From assembly GCA_963822835.1 (NCBI GenBank), contig CAWGIZ010000009.1:80542-144541 (forward strand): DNA of 64,000 bases, in the 5' to 3' direction. Positions 47,193 through 58,229 of this stretch are shown piece by piece. The notes below the pieces were generated by a model. The model was not told the origin of the DNA, ran no database searches, and saw only the letters and a program-made list of their open reading frames with translations. The position numbers and the translations under genes were made by a program. The stretch comes from an uncultured Alphaproteobacteria bacterium. Lineage in GTDB: Bacteria; Pseudomonadota; Alphaproteobacteria; CAVTAV01. The first letter of the stretch is position 1, and each line of letters starts with the position of its first letter.

Positions 47193-49490
47193 CTACTCGA
47201 TTTCCGGCAGGTCGTCCGCCTCGTCGCGCGAGGCATCGCGGAGCTGACGGATGGCGTCACCGAAGCTCGAACCGCCGACGGCCCGCTTGGCGGGCTTTCT
47301 TGCCGGCATCTGGAGCGACGGCGCCGGAGTGCGTACATTGCTGTTCGCGGCCCGGCCCATATTCGTGCTCGTCTCGCGCAGCACTTCGGCGAGGGCCAGG
47401 AAGCGGTCGACCGTGGTGCGGCTGACCTGCGCGGCGGCGCTCATTTCGCTGGCGGCCCGGCTCAGCACGCGGCTGTTCGAGGACTCGCTCTCGATGGCGT
47501 TCAGCAGGCTTTCCTGATTCTCGATCACCTGCCGCATCATCGGCGTTACGAGCGTGACGATGTTCTCGAGCGAGGTGTGGAGCGAATCGAAGCTCGTGGC
47601 CGTCTTGGCGAGGTCTTCGGTCGCCTGGGCGAGCTGCTGGGTACCGAGCGATTCGATCGTCGCCATGGTCTTCTCGAGCGCAGCGTTGAACTGCTCCGAA
47701 TAGGCCTTGGCTTCCTCGGCCATGCTGGCCGCGATATCCTTGCTCTCGCCGCTGAGCGACGCCGTGACGTCCTTGATCGATTGGCCGAGGCCCTCGGAGA
47801 TTCCCTTGATGCCGTTGCTCAGTTCCTCGGTCAGCGCCTTCAGCGCGTCGGCCTGGACCTTGAGGCGTTCGGCATCTTCCGCCTTGAAGGATTCGACGGT
47901 GGTCTTGAATTCGGTGGTAACCGCCGCGAAGGAATCGGCCTGGGCCTTGGCCCGTTCGGCTTCTTCCGTCTTGATGGACTCGACGACCGCCTTGAAGTCG
48001 GTAGCGACCGCACTGATCGCCTCGCTCTGGGTCTTCGCGCGCTCGGCGTCGTCCGTCTTGATGGACTCGACGGCCGTCTTGAATTCGGCCGCGACGGCGC
48101 TGATGGCTTCGGTCTGGGTCTTCGCACGGTCGGCGTCGTCGGTCTTCATCGCCTCGACGGCCGATTTGACCTCGGTGGCGATGGCCGTGATGGATTCGGC
48201 CTGCGCCTTCGCCCGCGCGGTTTCTTCCTCCTTGAGGGCCGCGATCACCGATTTGAATTCGTCGATCAGATCGCTGCGCACGCTGGTGGATTGATCGGCC
48301 AGCGTCATGAAGGCGTCGTTATAGACCTTCTCGAACTTCTCGGCGGATTCCGTCGATGCCTTCATCAGCTGTTCGAGCTGGACGAACTCGTCGCCGACGA
48401 TGGATTTCAGCTCGCGGACAAAGGCGTCGAGCGCGGACTTGATGAGGCCGGTGACTTCCTCGCCCTGCTTGGACGCGACGGCTTCGGTGGAGGTCTTGAG
48501 CTGTTCGATGGGTTCGGAAAGGGCCTTGGTGACGGCGGCGCTGATCTCGGCGCCCTGCGCCCGCGCTGTCTCGGTCAGGCAATTGACGATGGTGTTGGAA
48601 TTCTCGGCGAGTTTGTCGGCGATTTCCTTGGCGGCGACCTGCATGGTGGCCCGGAAGTCCTCCTGGCTTGCAAGCGACGCGCTGGCGACCAGCTCCGCGC
48701 TCTCGCGGGAGGCGCGGATGATTTCCTCGAGCGAGACCGACTCGCGGCTCGGCCGGTAGACCCCGTCGACGATCTCGCACAGGCTCGCAATCTGCGCCTG
48801 CCGGAAACCTGTGATCGCGCGCTGCAGAACGATTACGATCATCGCGCCGAAGATGCCGACGCCGAGCGCCACACCGCCGATGCTCATCGAGGACATGCCT
48901 TCGCCCGCCGCGTTGGCGCCGGTCGCCAGCAGGGCGGCGAACGCGAAGATGCCGGTGCCGACGAAGGCGGCCGGCAGCACGCGGAACAGCCACGTCAGCA
49001 GACGATCGTCCACCAGCATGCTGACCCGGAAGGATTGTTTCGCCGTCTGCGACGACCGCAGGATGGTGAAGCTGTTGCCGGACTGCTTCTTGCGCGTCGC
49101 ATGGATGTAGAGCGTTTCGGCGTGCCGGTTGGCGGCTCTGGTCAGTTCGGGCGCGGGCAGGAAGCACTGCACGAAGGCCTCGCGGCTCGGCGTTTCCTCG
49201 CCGTAGAGCGCCTTCTTCATCGATTCCAGCCGGTTGATCACCATTCCCGTCGTCACGCCGTCATAGATCGCCAGCGTCACGAAGCCGAGCAGGAAGGCGG
49301 CAAGGCCGACCAGCACAAGACCGCAGGTGAAACTGACGGCCGGATTGGCGAGGTAGACCGGAACGTTGTCGAGGGCTCCGAAAGTAACGATGTCGACAAG
49401 GCTGCTGTTCATTCCGGCGCTGAAAAGGCCGAGAACGACCGCAAGTGCAAGGCTCACGCCGAACCACAAATTTCGAATGTTACTTTGCAT
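47193..49490 (-). CDS. Membrane-anchored coiled-coil protein with 29-aa tandem repeats (766 aa), function unknown, intact
   Basis: Four predicted N-terminal TM helices, then a long Ala/Glu/Lys-rich helical region with four or five consecutive 29-aa repeats of pattern DDAERAKTQSEAISAVATDFKAVVESIKT, and an acidic C-terminus. Confidence 0.6.
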   Translation of the reverse strand: MQSNIRNLWFGVSLALAVVLGLFSAGMNSSLVDIVTFGALDNVPVYLANPAVSFTCGLVLVGLAAFLLGFVTLAIYDGVTTGMVINRLESMKKALYGEETPSREAFVQCFLPAPELTRAANRHAETLYIHATRKKQSGNSFTILRSSQTAKQSFRVSMLVDDRLLTWLFRVLPAAFVGTGIFAFAALLATGANAAGEGMSSMSIGGVALGVGIFGAMIVIVLQRAITGFRQAQIASLCEIVDGVYRPSRESVSLEEIIRASRESAELVASASLASQEDFRATMQVAAKEIADKLAENSNTIVNCLTETARAQGAEISAAVTKALSEPIEQLKTSTEAVASKQGEEVTGLIKSALDAFVRELKSIVGDEFVQLEQLMKASTESAEKFEKVYNDAFMTLADQSTSVRSDLIDEFKSVIAALKEEETARAKAQAESITAIATEVKSAVEAMKTDDADRAKTQTEAISAVAAEFKTAVESIKTDDAERAKTQSEAISAVATDFKAVVESIKTEEAERAKAQADSFAAVTTEFKTTVESFKAEDAERLKVQADALKALTEELSNGIKGISEGLGQSIKDVTASLSGESKDIAASMAEEAKAYSEQFNAALEKTMATIESLGTQQLAQATEDLAKTATSFDSLHTSLENIVTLVTPMMRQVIENQESLLNAIESESSNSRVLSRAASEMSAAAQVSRTTVDRFLALAEVLRETSTNMGRAANSNVRTPAPSLQMPARKPAKRAVGGSSFGDAIRQLRDASRDEADDLPEIE

Positions 49491-49663
49491 CAAAACATGA
49501 ACCCCGATGCGACATGGAACGATCGGAACAGGCGCCGTCGTCCGGACCAATAAAACCACTGTGGTAAGGCTGCGGGCGGAACTAGGGCGCCCCGGCCAGA
49601 CCAATTGCGAGCCAAATCTAGGGGAAGATGGTTAAACTAGGGTGAACCGGGCCGGCTTTCCGG

Positions 49664-50683
49664 TTACGCCGGAACCGTATGGCGCTGTTCCGCAAGGCGT
49701 TTCCCGATCGCGTTCAATGTGGACGCCTCGCCACCTATGGTCGTGAAGAAATAGTCGAAATACCGGTCAAACGTGTCGAGGAACGACCGCAGATCGGTCT
49801 CGGACTGGACATAGGGCGTGCGGCCCGGATCGAGCGACGGGCTGTGATAGGTGAAGCCGAAGATCCGGTGTCCCGAGGCGATCATCACCTCGGTCAGCCG
49901 GCGCATTTCCTCGAAAGTGATGCCCTCGGGCGATAGCCGGATGCGCTCGAACAGCCCGAGGCGGCCGAAGATGCCCGGCAGGTGAAGCTTCAGGCCGAGC
50001 GGCCCGGTAAGCGCACCATAAAGTGCATGGCCTCCGCTCTTCGCGAGCCCGACGAAATCGACCGACAGCGGAATTTCGAGCAATTTGCCCCCGGGGCCGA
50101 ACCAATAGGGCTGGGTGCCGCAATGGCGGAAATCCGGGCCGTGATCGTGACGGAAGTCGCTCCGCGGCACGACGCTGGTGTCGATTTCGTAGCCGAGATC
50201 CGCGAGCGCGTCGGTCGTTCCGGCGCCCACGCCGTAACGGCCGGCGCGATAGATCGTCGGGCGGTGGCCGAAATTCCGGGCGATTTCCTCGGTCACGATC
50301 TTGAGCTTTTCGTGCTCCAGACCGGGCGGCAGATTGCCGGGATAGGAATTCGTCGGGTTGACCGGCTCGTAATGGGGCGGATTGACCCAGGGATGGAGAT
50401 GGGTGCCGATATCGCAGACTCCGCTCTCGAAGAGGTCGCGCAGCGGCTTGTAGCCGTCCTCCTGATGGGCGACCGGATAGTCGCAGACATAGGTGGGCTT
50501 CAGGCCGTATTTCTCGAAGACCTTGTGGGCGCGTTCCTGGGTGCGGATCGATTGCACGCCCGTCGAGTGCCGGTTATGCGGCTTGCTCCAGTCGAACTCC
50601 TCCTCGGTATCCACCACGACAAGAAGCTGAGGCTTCATGTCCTTGGGTGGCGGCGCGGGGCGCCATGTGGAAGGGTTGAGCAT
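49664..50683 (-). CDS. Polysaccharide deacetylase family protein (WalW-like, PEP-CTERM-locus type)
   Basis: LLVVVDTEEEFDW...HLHPW and a divalent-metal His/Asp pattern typical of the WalW/NodB-like family. Confidence 0.6.
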   Translation of the reverse strand: MLNPSTWRPAPPPKDMKPQLLVVVDTEEEFDWSKPHNRHSTGVQSIRTQERAHKVFEKYGLKPTYVCDYPVAHQEDGYKPLRDLFESGVCDIGTHLHPWVNPPHYEPVNPTNSYPGNLPPGLEHEKLKIVTEEIARNFGHRPTIYRAGRYGVGAGTTDALADLGYEIDTSVVPRSDFRHDHGPDFRHCGTQPYWFGPGGKLLEIPLSVDFVGLAKSGGHALYGALTGPLGLKLHLPGIFGRLGLFERIRLSPEGITFEEMRRLTEVMIASGHRIFGFTYHSPSLDPGRTPYVQSETDLRSFLDTFDRYFDYFFTTIGGEASTLNAIGKRLAEQRHTVPA

Positions 50684-50844
50684 TCTCGGCAGGTCTCCAG
50701 GCGGCTGTTTCTCTCGAAATGGGCAAGCCGCCGCAATTTTCAACGATCAGGCGCGCCCGCGCCGGTTTATGTATTTTGTAAGAGTTGGCCGCGATCATAC
50801 GGCCGTCCCGTTAACACTCCTAAAAGACCGCCGGGAAATCCCTT

Positions 50845-52030
50845 CTTGCAGAAGCTCCGGGTTCTCACCTTCACGACGCTCTATCCGAACGAGGCGATGC
50901 CGACTTTCGCCATGTTCGTCGAGCAGAGGCTGCGCCATCTCGTGGCGAGCGGCGAGGTGGACGCGCGCGTCATCGCCCCGGTGCCCTGGTTTCCGTTCAA
51001 GGGCGAACGGTTCGGCGCCTATGGCCGGTTCGCGCGGGTGCCCGGGGACGAAATGCGCCACGGCCTGCCGCTCAGTCACCCCCGATATCTGGTCGTGCCC
51101 AAGATCGGCATGACGCTGACGCCGAATTCGCTCTATCGCGCGGGCGTCCGGGAGATCGAGCGGCTGCGGACGGCGGGCTTCGACTTCGATCTGATCGACG
51201 CTCACTATCTCTATCCCGACGGCGTCTCGGCGGCGAAGCTGGCGCGCCATTTCGGCAAGCCTCTCGTTTTGACCGCGCGGGGCACCGATGTGAACGTCAT
51301 CGCGAAAATGCCCGGTCCCGGCCGTATGGTCATGGACGCGATCGATGCGGCGGATGCCGTCATCACGGTCTCGTCGGCGCTGCGCGATGCGCTGATCGGT
51401 CTCGGTGCGGATCCCGCCAGGATCACGGTCATCCGCAACGGCGTCGACACGGGGCTGTTTCATGAAACCGATCGCGACGAAACCCGCCGCCAATACGGTC
51501 TGACGGGGCACGTGCTCGCATCGGTCGGCAATCTCGTTTCGCTCAAGGGCCATGATCTCGTGATCCGGGCGCTCGCCGAGTTGCCCGACACCAGCCTGAT
51601 GATCGCGGGCGGCGGTTCCCTGCGCGCCGAGCTCGAAACCTTGGCGAACGAGACCGGCGTCGCGGGGCGGGTTCGCTTCCTGGGCGCGATCCCGCAAACC
51701 GAGCTGCCCAAGATCTATAGCGCGGCGGATGCCCTCGTTCTCGCCTCCAGCAATGAAGGGCTTCCGAACGTCATCATGGAGGCGATTGCCTGCGGCACGC
51801 CGGTGGTCGCGACCTCCGTCGGCGGTATCCCGGAGATCATAACCTCGCGCGAGGCGGGGCTTCTGCTGCGCGACCGGAGCCACGGGGCGATCGCAGAAGC
51901 GGTGAGGGCGTTGTGGCAATCGCCACCCGCGCGCGCGGCGACGCGGGCATTGGCGCAGAGCTACCGATGGTCCGAGACGACGGCGGCCCAACTTTCGCTC
52001 TTTCGGGAAATTCTGGCCCGGCGTTCTTGA
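50845..52030 (+). CDS. Glycosyltransferase family 4 (start tentative, TTG)
   Basis: GT-B C-terminal domain ...VGNLVSLKGHDLVIRA..., EGLPNVIMEAIACGTPVVATSVGGIPEII. Confidence 0.7.
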
Positions 52031-52065
52031 ACCGGAACGGAGACGTGGCGGCGATTGGGCGGCGC

Positions 52066-53268
52066 TCAGGCCGCTATGCCGCCATAGACCCGTTCGTAAT
52101 TCGCGACACTGCGCGCCCAGGACCGTTCGTCCTCGACGAAGTGACGGGCGCGGTCGAGTTGGTCGGGCCAGGTGTCCCGGTTCGCCAGTGTCCACAGTAC
52201 CGCTTCGGCCAGGCCGTCCGGATTGCCCGCCTTGAACAGGATGCCCGTCTCGCCGTGCTTGATGAGTTCGCGATGACCGCCGATATCGGACGCGATCAGC
52301 ATCTTGCGCTGGGCCATCGCTTCGAGCGGTTTCAGCGGAGTCACCAGTTCGGTCAGGCGAATCGAGATGCGCGGATAAACCAGCACGTCGACCAGACCGT
52401 AATACTGGCCGACCGTGGAATGCGGGACGCGTCCGGCGAAGATCACCTTGTCGGCCACGCCCTTTTCATGGGACAGCGCCTTGAGCGTCGCTTCCTGGGG
52501 TCCGCCGCCGACGAGCAACACGCGCGTGTCCGGAGACTTGGCCAGAATTTTCGGCAAGGCCTCGATCAGCAGATGCAGCCCTTCATAGGCGTAGAACGAG
52601 CCGATGAAGCCGAGCACCGTCTTGCCGGTCAGGCCGAGCCTGGCGGCGAGCTCATCGTCATGCGGCGGCGCGTCGGAAAAGTTCTCGATGTCGACAGCGT
52701 TCGGAATGACCGTGATGGTGTCCTCGGAGATGCCGCGTTTGACCATATCGCCGCGCAATCCCTCGCAGATCGTCGTCACCGCATCCGCATGGCGCAGCGC
52801 GAAGGATTTGAGCGCGCGCGTGGCGCGGTAGCGGAGACTTCCCTCCGTGCTCGTGCCGAGATCGGTCGCGGCGTCTTCCCAGAAGGCACGCACTTCGTAA
52901 ACGACCGGGATGCCGAGCCGTCGGCCGACGCGGAGGGCAGGGATGGCGTTCAATACCGGAGAATGGGCGTGAATGACGTCGGGGCGGATCAGCCGGGCCA
53001 CCGATTCAAGGCGCTTGGCCGTTGCGCGCATTTGGGCGAGCTCGCGCAGAATGGGGATCTTCGCCGAGAAGCCGGTCACCGGCGGCGTGCGATAGAACTC
53101 GAATCCGTCGACGAATTCGACCGGCGGGCTGTCGAGAATATGTTTCGGGCTGGTGAGCTGGAAGGTTTCCCAGCCGCGCGCGCGCTGCTCCCGCAGAATA
53201 CTGAGGCTGCGAAAGGAGTAGCCGCTGTGCAGCGGCACCGAGTGATCGAATACGTGCAGAATCCGCAT
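52066..53268 (-). CDS. Glycosyltransferase family 4 (PEP-CTERM/EpsH-associated sugar transferase type), intact
   Basis: MRILHVFDHSVPLHSGYSFRS..., ...FIGSFYAYEGLHLLIEA..., EAMAQRKMLIASDIGGHREL. Confidence 0.7.
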   Translation of the reverse strand: MRILHVFDHSVPLHSGYSFRSLSILREQRARGWETFQLTSPKHILDSPPVEFVDGFEFYRTPPVTGFSAKIPILRELAQMRATAKRLESVARLIRPDVIHAHSPVLNAIPALRVGRRLGIPVVYEVRAFWEDAATDLGTSTEGSLRYRATRALKSFALRHADAVTTICEGLRGDMVKRGISEDTITVIPNAVDIENFSDAPPHDDELAARLGLTGKTVLGFIGSFYAYEGLHLLIEALPKILAKSPDTRVLLVGGGPQEATLKALSHEKGVADKVIFAGRVPHSTVGQYYGLVDVLVYPRISIRLTELVTPLKPLEAMAQRKMLIASDIGGHRELIKHGETGILFKAGNPDGLAEAVLWTLANRDTWPDQLDRARHFVEDERSWARSVANYERVYGGIAA

Positions 53269-53436
53269 GGTCCGGCAAATCTCTTTGTTCGGCGGTAAAT
53301 TACCGGCCATACCGTTTCAAATCCCTCAACAGAAACCGGATGAGTTGTCGAAGCCGCAAGGGGGAGCGGCAAAATTTCCGAGCCGGTCTCGTGGCTTAAC
53401 GGATTGGCAACCGCGGGCGCGCTATGGTCCGGTCAT

Positions 53437-53512
53437 AGGCGCGTAGCTCAGTGGTAGAGCGCTGCTATTACATGGCGGAGGCCGAAGGTTCAATTCCTCT
53501 CCGCGCCTACCA
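53437..53512 (+). tRNA. tRNA with anticodon loop reading UAC (Val); one extra nt on the 3' side of the T-stem
   Basis: AGGCGCG-TA-GCTC-AGTGGTA-GAGC-G-CTGCT-ATTACAT-GGCGG-AGGCC-GAAGG-TTCAATT-CCTCTC-CGCGCCT-A-CCA. U33 and A37 are present. The T-arm 3' strand is 6 nt where 5 are expected. Confidence 0.65.
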
Positions 53513-53542
53513 ATCCCCCAGATATCCGCGGTAGTGCCGGCT

Positions 53543-54640
53543 CTAAAGCCGGGATTTGAGGCTCGCCAGAACGCGGTCGGCCGTGTGGCCGTCCCAGAGA
53601 TCGGGTTTGCGTCCGTGCGGCCAGCGGCCGGCAAGAACCTCCGCGATGCTGTCCGACAGCGTGTCGGGCCTGATCAGGCGATTCGTGCCTTCGGTAACCG
53701 TGATGGGCCGTTCGGTATTTTCGCGCAGCGTCATGCAGGGGATATCGAGATAGGTCGTTTCCTCCTGCACGCCGCCCGAATCGGTAATGACCAGTTTGGC
53801 GCAGCGCACGAGCCCCATGAATTCGATATAGCCGACGGGATCGATGATTTTGATGCCGCTCGCGCCGTCCAGTTTTTCGAACAATCCGAACTGCTTCATC
53901 CGTTCGCGAGTCCGGGGGTGCACCGGGAAGACGAGCGGGATTTTCTTCGACGCGGCGAGCAACTGCTCGACGAGCGTTTCGAGCGTCTGCCTCTGATCGA
54001 CATTCGACGGCCGGTGCAGGGTAACGACACCATACTCGCCCGGCTTCACGCCGAGGCTGGCCCAGGTCTCCGTGCTCTCGATCCGGTCGCGGAGCAGTTC
54101 GTAGGAATCCATCATGATGTTGCCGACGCGCTCGACGCGGTGCGCCGCGCCCTCGCGCTGCAGATTTTCGTCGGCGTCGGGCGAGGGCGTCCACAGCAGG
54201 TCCGCGATGGCGTCGGTCGCCAGCCGGTTGATTTCCTCCGGCATGGTGCGGTCACCGCTTCTGAGCCCGGCTTCGAGATGCGCGACATTGATGCAGAGCT
54301 TGGCGCCCACCAGCGCACAGGCGACCGTCGAATTCACGTCGCCGACCACGATGATCCAGTTCGGGCGTTCTTCCAGGCAAATCTTCTCGTAGGCGATCAT
54401 GACGCCGCCGGTCTGCTGGGCATGCGTGCCGCTGCCGACCCCGAGATGGTAGTCGGGCTTCGGCAGACCGAGATCGCGGAAGAACGAATCCGACATGTTG
54501 GCGTCGTAATGCTGGCCCGGTATGCACGACTTTCACGTCGCACCAGGGCGCGGCACTGAAGGCGTGCCAGAGCGGCGCGATCTTCATGAAGTTCGGTCGC
54601 GCCGCGGCGATCAGATGAATGATGGGAGTCAGAATCGCCT
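53543..54640 (-). CDS. wecB: UDP-N-acetylglucosamine 2-epimerase (non-hydrolysing); frameshift near 54500, 5' end unresolved
   Basis: ...KIAPLWHA.. then [26 protein letters not shown], ...VHLEAGLRS..., DSGGVQEE. Confidence 0.75.
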
Positions 54641-54755
54641 CGGTTCAGTGGTTCGTGTGAGCCGTGAAAGGAATTTCCAGGGCCGGAACCGTCGTCCGGT
54701 ACGAATCACACGCGAGTTGGGACGAAACCGGCCGGATCGGAAGCCGAGACGCGCC

Positions 54756-56081
54756 TCAGATGTTGAAACGCGGCTTCGCTGCCATCGGCGACATGGTCGT
54801 GATCACGTCCTTCTTCGCCGCGGCGGGTGCTCCCTTCCGGGCCAGCACGCGCTGCACGAGAAGATCGGTGATCGCCACGATCGCCACGAGATGGAAATAC
54901 AGATCGAAAGTCGCGAGGTTCAGGAAGGTTCCGGCAACGGCGTAACCGATCAGACTCACCTGAACCATCGATCCCAAATCTCGCGCCCATATCGAGGTCA
55001 GGATCGTCCTTCGATTGTCGAATGATCTTGCCGCCGAAATAGAATGTGCAGATCAGCAGCGTCAGGAAGATCGCGAGTCCGACATAGCCGTGGTCGCCCA
55101 GCGTTTCGAAGTAAATACTGTGCGGCGCGCGCGGCATGGACGCCGGCGGCGATATATTGCTGTTGCAGCTTCGGATTGCCGAGCGAGTTGAAGCCGCCGC
55201 CGAAGATGGGATTGTGGTTCGCGATATTGGTCGCGAAGGTCCACATCTCGAGACGGCCGCGCGCCGAGCTGTCCTGCTGATAGCTGTCGATGGTCATCAT
55301 GCGATCCGTCCAGGATTTCGGCATGAAGGTCAGAGCGATGACGGTGGCGAGAACCGACGGCCAACAGCGCGAAGGCGCGGCGGCGCGATTTGATGATCAG
55401 GTAGCCGAGCATGGCCACGATGGCGAGCAACGCACCGCGCGACTGCGTTCCGAAGATCGCGAAGATCGTGATGCCGATCATGCCGCCGATGGCCCAGCGA
55501 AGCCATGTGATCGGCGTCTGCATCTGCAGGAAGCGCATCAGCGGGATGGTCATGACCAGCGCCATGGCGAGCTGGTTGTTATCGCGATGAAACTGTCGAC
55601 TCCGGGCCCCAGACGTGGTATTGGCCACCAGTCGTGAGCGTGAAGAGACCACCCTTGATGCCGTAGAAGCCCAGCGAGATCACGATGATCCAAACCAGGC
55701 CGATGACGCGGTTCTTGGTCGTGATCAGTCCGCAGGTGATTAGCGCGAACAGCATGATCTTCATCGACTGGTCCCACTTCGGATAGGCCAGATCGGGATC
55801 GAGCGAGAATCATGTCGTGATCGAGATCCAGGTCATGAAGACATAATCAGACAGTCAAAAAATGGAGCCGGAAGTTTCTTCGGCTCCTTCGAAAAGAGCC
55901 AGGCGACCAGCGTCGCGATTCCGACGATTTCGGCGACCGGCCAAGGAGTTGACGTAGCCATAGCCGAGCCTGTGCGGGTTCATGTAGGAGACCCACGACC
56001 ACGCATAGACCCCGAGATACGGGTAAAACAGCGTCTCGGGAACGCAGCAAAAATCAAAAAAGCAATGGCAAGGTCACGCAT
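54756..56081 (-). CDS. O-antigen ligase-like (Wzy_C) membrane protein, exosortase-locus type; at least 4 frameshifts
   Basis: Wzy_C hallmark HSIYFETLGDHGYVGLAIFLTLL. Multiple TM segments in the 55062-55652, 55579-55764, 54706-55137 and 54756-54977 frames. Confidence 0.5.
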
Positions 56082-56459
56082 GGCGATAATTTGGCTTGGT
56101 GGGTTTACACAATCGCGGTCGGCCTGCCCGAAGCGTTTGAAGTACCGAACCAAAGTTAATTTTTGATAACTCATCGGGCCATTTAGCTGAGGAAAGCGGG
56201 ACAGGATCCGTTAAGCTTTCCCTTAAGAAGAGCGGATAAGCAGGAGGTACAGCGATCGCGAAACCTGGAGCGAAGACGTGGAAGCACTCGTCCTCGTAGT
56301 TGTGACGGCCGTCATGGCCTATGTGTGTTTCTGGTCGATCGGAACGACGAGCTCTGAAGCGCCCGCAAGAAAAAGGAACGTTATGCCGTCGGTGGTGTCG
56401 AGGAACCCGTGGACGAATAGTCGCGCGCCGGCCGTTTGCGCGGCCGTCAGCGCAGCTTG

Positions 56460-58216
56460 TCACCGGCCGCCATATCCATCTTCTGAAACAGATATTCCGC
56501 CGTGCACAGGCGGTTGAACTGGCCGGAATCGACCAGTTTTCCGGGATGGAACAGCCCGCCAAGTACGCGGAAATCCGGGTTCCATCACCGCATCCCTGAA
56601 CGCGTCGTCCAGGAAATAGGGCCGCGAAGCCGTCTGCCGCCGCGTCCTCAGCCGGAAGGTATAGCGCCTCACGGAGTCGGTGGCCGCATATAGGTCGTCA
56701 TGGCCTTGAGGCGCGCCGCGATCGGCGGCGGCGCGGTCGAAAGCGTAACCGTAATCCGATGGATAGGCGGCGAGGGCAGGGCTCGCCAGGGTGATCAGCC
56801 GGCCTTCGAAACGCCCGACATTCTTGTATTTCAGCGGCACGCGGATGGTCTGGCGAATCAGCGCCGCATCGATGAACGGCGTCAGCGCGCTGCCGAATCG
56901 GCTGTTTACCGCGTTATTGCGTCCCATCCAGTAGCGGCAGCGGAACAGGGGATAGACCAGCTCGACTTCGGGCCGCGTGAGGCGGTCGTTCGTGGTGCCG
57001 ATCGTGCGTTTTATTTTTTCGCCGAGCCGGGCGTGATAAGCGTCTTCATCGAAGCTTTCGGTCGCCGTGGCGGGGTCGAACTGGGAGTAGAAGCTCCACA
57101 GGATGTCCCGGACGGTGAAATCCCGGTCCGGCAGATAGAAGAAATTCCGGAAAACCTCGCCGCCGCCGCCATTCAGCATCAGCGCGCCGGTTCGGCAGCG
57201 GTCGCGGCGTGTCGCGAGATCGGTACCGTTGTCGAAGATACCGTCCGCCGGTGCGCCATCGAAGGCGTTGAAGGTCCGCGCGATCGATTCGGCGGCCTGA
57301 TCGACCGGCAATTTGGCGCCCGTCGCCTTATCGATGTGCTTGAGCGGAAAACCTTCTCCCTCCGCGATTCGCTTGGCGACGATGACGTCCGGATCGGAAT
57401 CCTTGCCGTAGACATGGATATCAGGGCGGCACTTCTGGCTGAACAGCAGCGCGACGATCAGCCGGGAATCGTAACCCCCCGAAAGCGCGGTATCGATATG
57501 GCCGTCATAGGCCCTCACGATCTCGCCGAAGCCGCGCTTCAGAGTCGCGATGAGGTGCTCGGCGTGCCATTCGAGCGCTCATGAGTGATCCCCGGCGCGG
57601 CATAGGCGGTCCAGGATCCGGCGCGCAGGGAAACGCCGGGCTCGGCGAGAAAATCCGGGCTCAGAAGCTTGATGTCCTCGGCCAACGTATCGTCGCCATA
57701 GGTTCCGCCCTGAAAGACATATTCGTAGACGCACTGGATATCGGCGCGGCGTTTCGATGCCGTTTCGAGAACGTCAAGAAACGAGCTCGAAAACATCGTT
57801 TCGCCGGCGTCGCGATAGACCTTGTAGACGCCGATTCGGTCGATGAAGGCGAAGGTCCGGCCGTGCTTTCGAAGCACGATACAGAACGCGCCGTGCAGCC
57901 GGTCGAGATCGATGCCGAAGTCGGCGTCGGTCGAATTGATGTCGAAATCCGCATGGATCCCGGCGAGGCCCGTTTTTCCCGTCGCGCCCTTGTAGACGAA
58001 GCTCCCGTTCCCGGCGCAAAAATCCCCGCTGGAAAGCGTGACGAGATTGGCGACCGGGGCCACTTGCTTGGCATAGAGCAGCAGCAAGCCGCCTTGATAG
58101 CGGACGGCGGTTCGGTTCGGCAAATCCCTGGCGGGCCAGAGACCGGCGAGCTGTGGTCTCCGACAGTCTGGAGGTCGGGCTTGGCCTTGATCCGTGATGA
58201 GGACGAATGCCCCCAT
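56460..58216 (-). CDS. Asparagine synthase family protein (AsnB-like; N-domain atypical, no Cys2); frameshift near 57530
   Basis: PP-loop ALSGGYDSRLIVAL in the synthetase domain. The N-terminal ~225 aa starts MGAF rather than MCGI. Confidence 0.65.
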
Positions 58217-58229
58217 GGCGGTTTCCCCT

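Noticed and set aside
49982-52030. 682-aa plus-strand ORF
   Set aside because: The 5' 290 codons are antisense to the polysaccharide deacetylase gene and have no protein-like features. The real GT4 gene begins around 50845.
50795-54559. Long ORFs 50795-52195 (minus), 51913-53298 (plus), 53534-54559 (plus)
   Set aside because: Antisense to the two glycosyltransferases and wecB. Translations are Arg/Asp/Gly-rich with no domain signatures.
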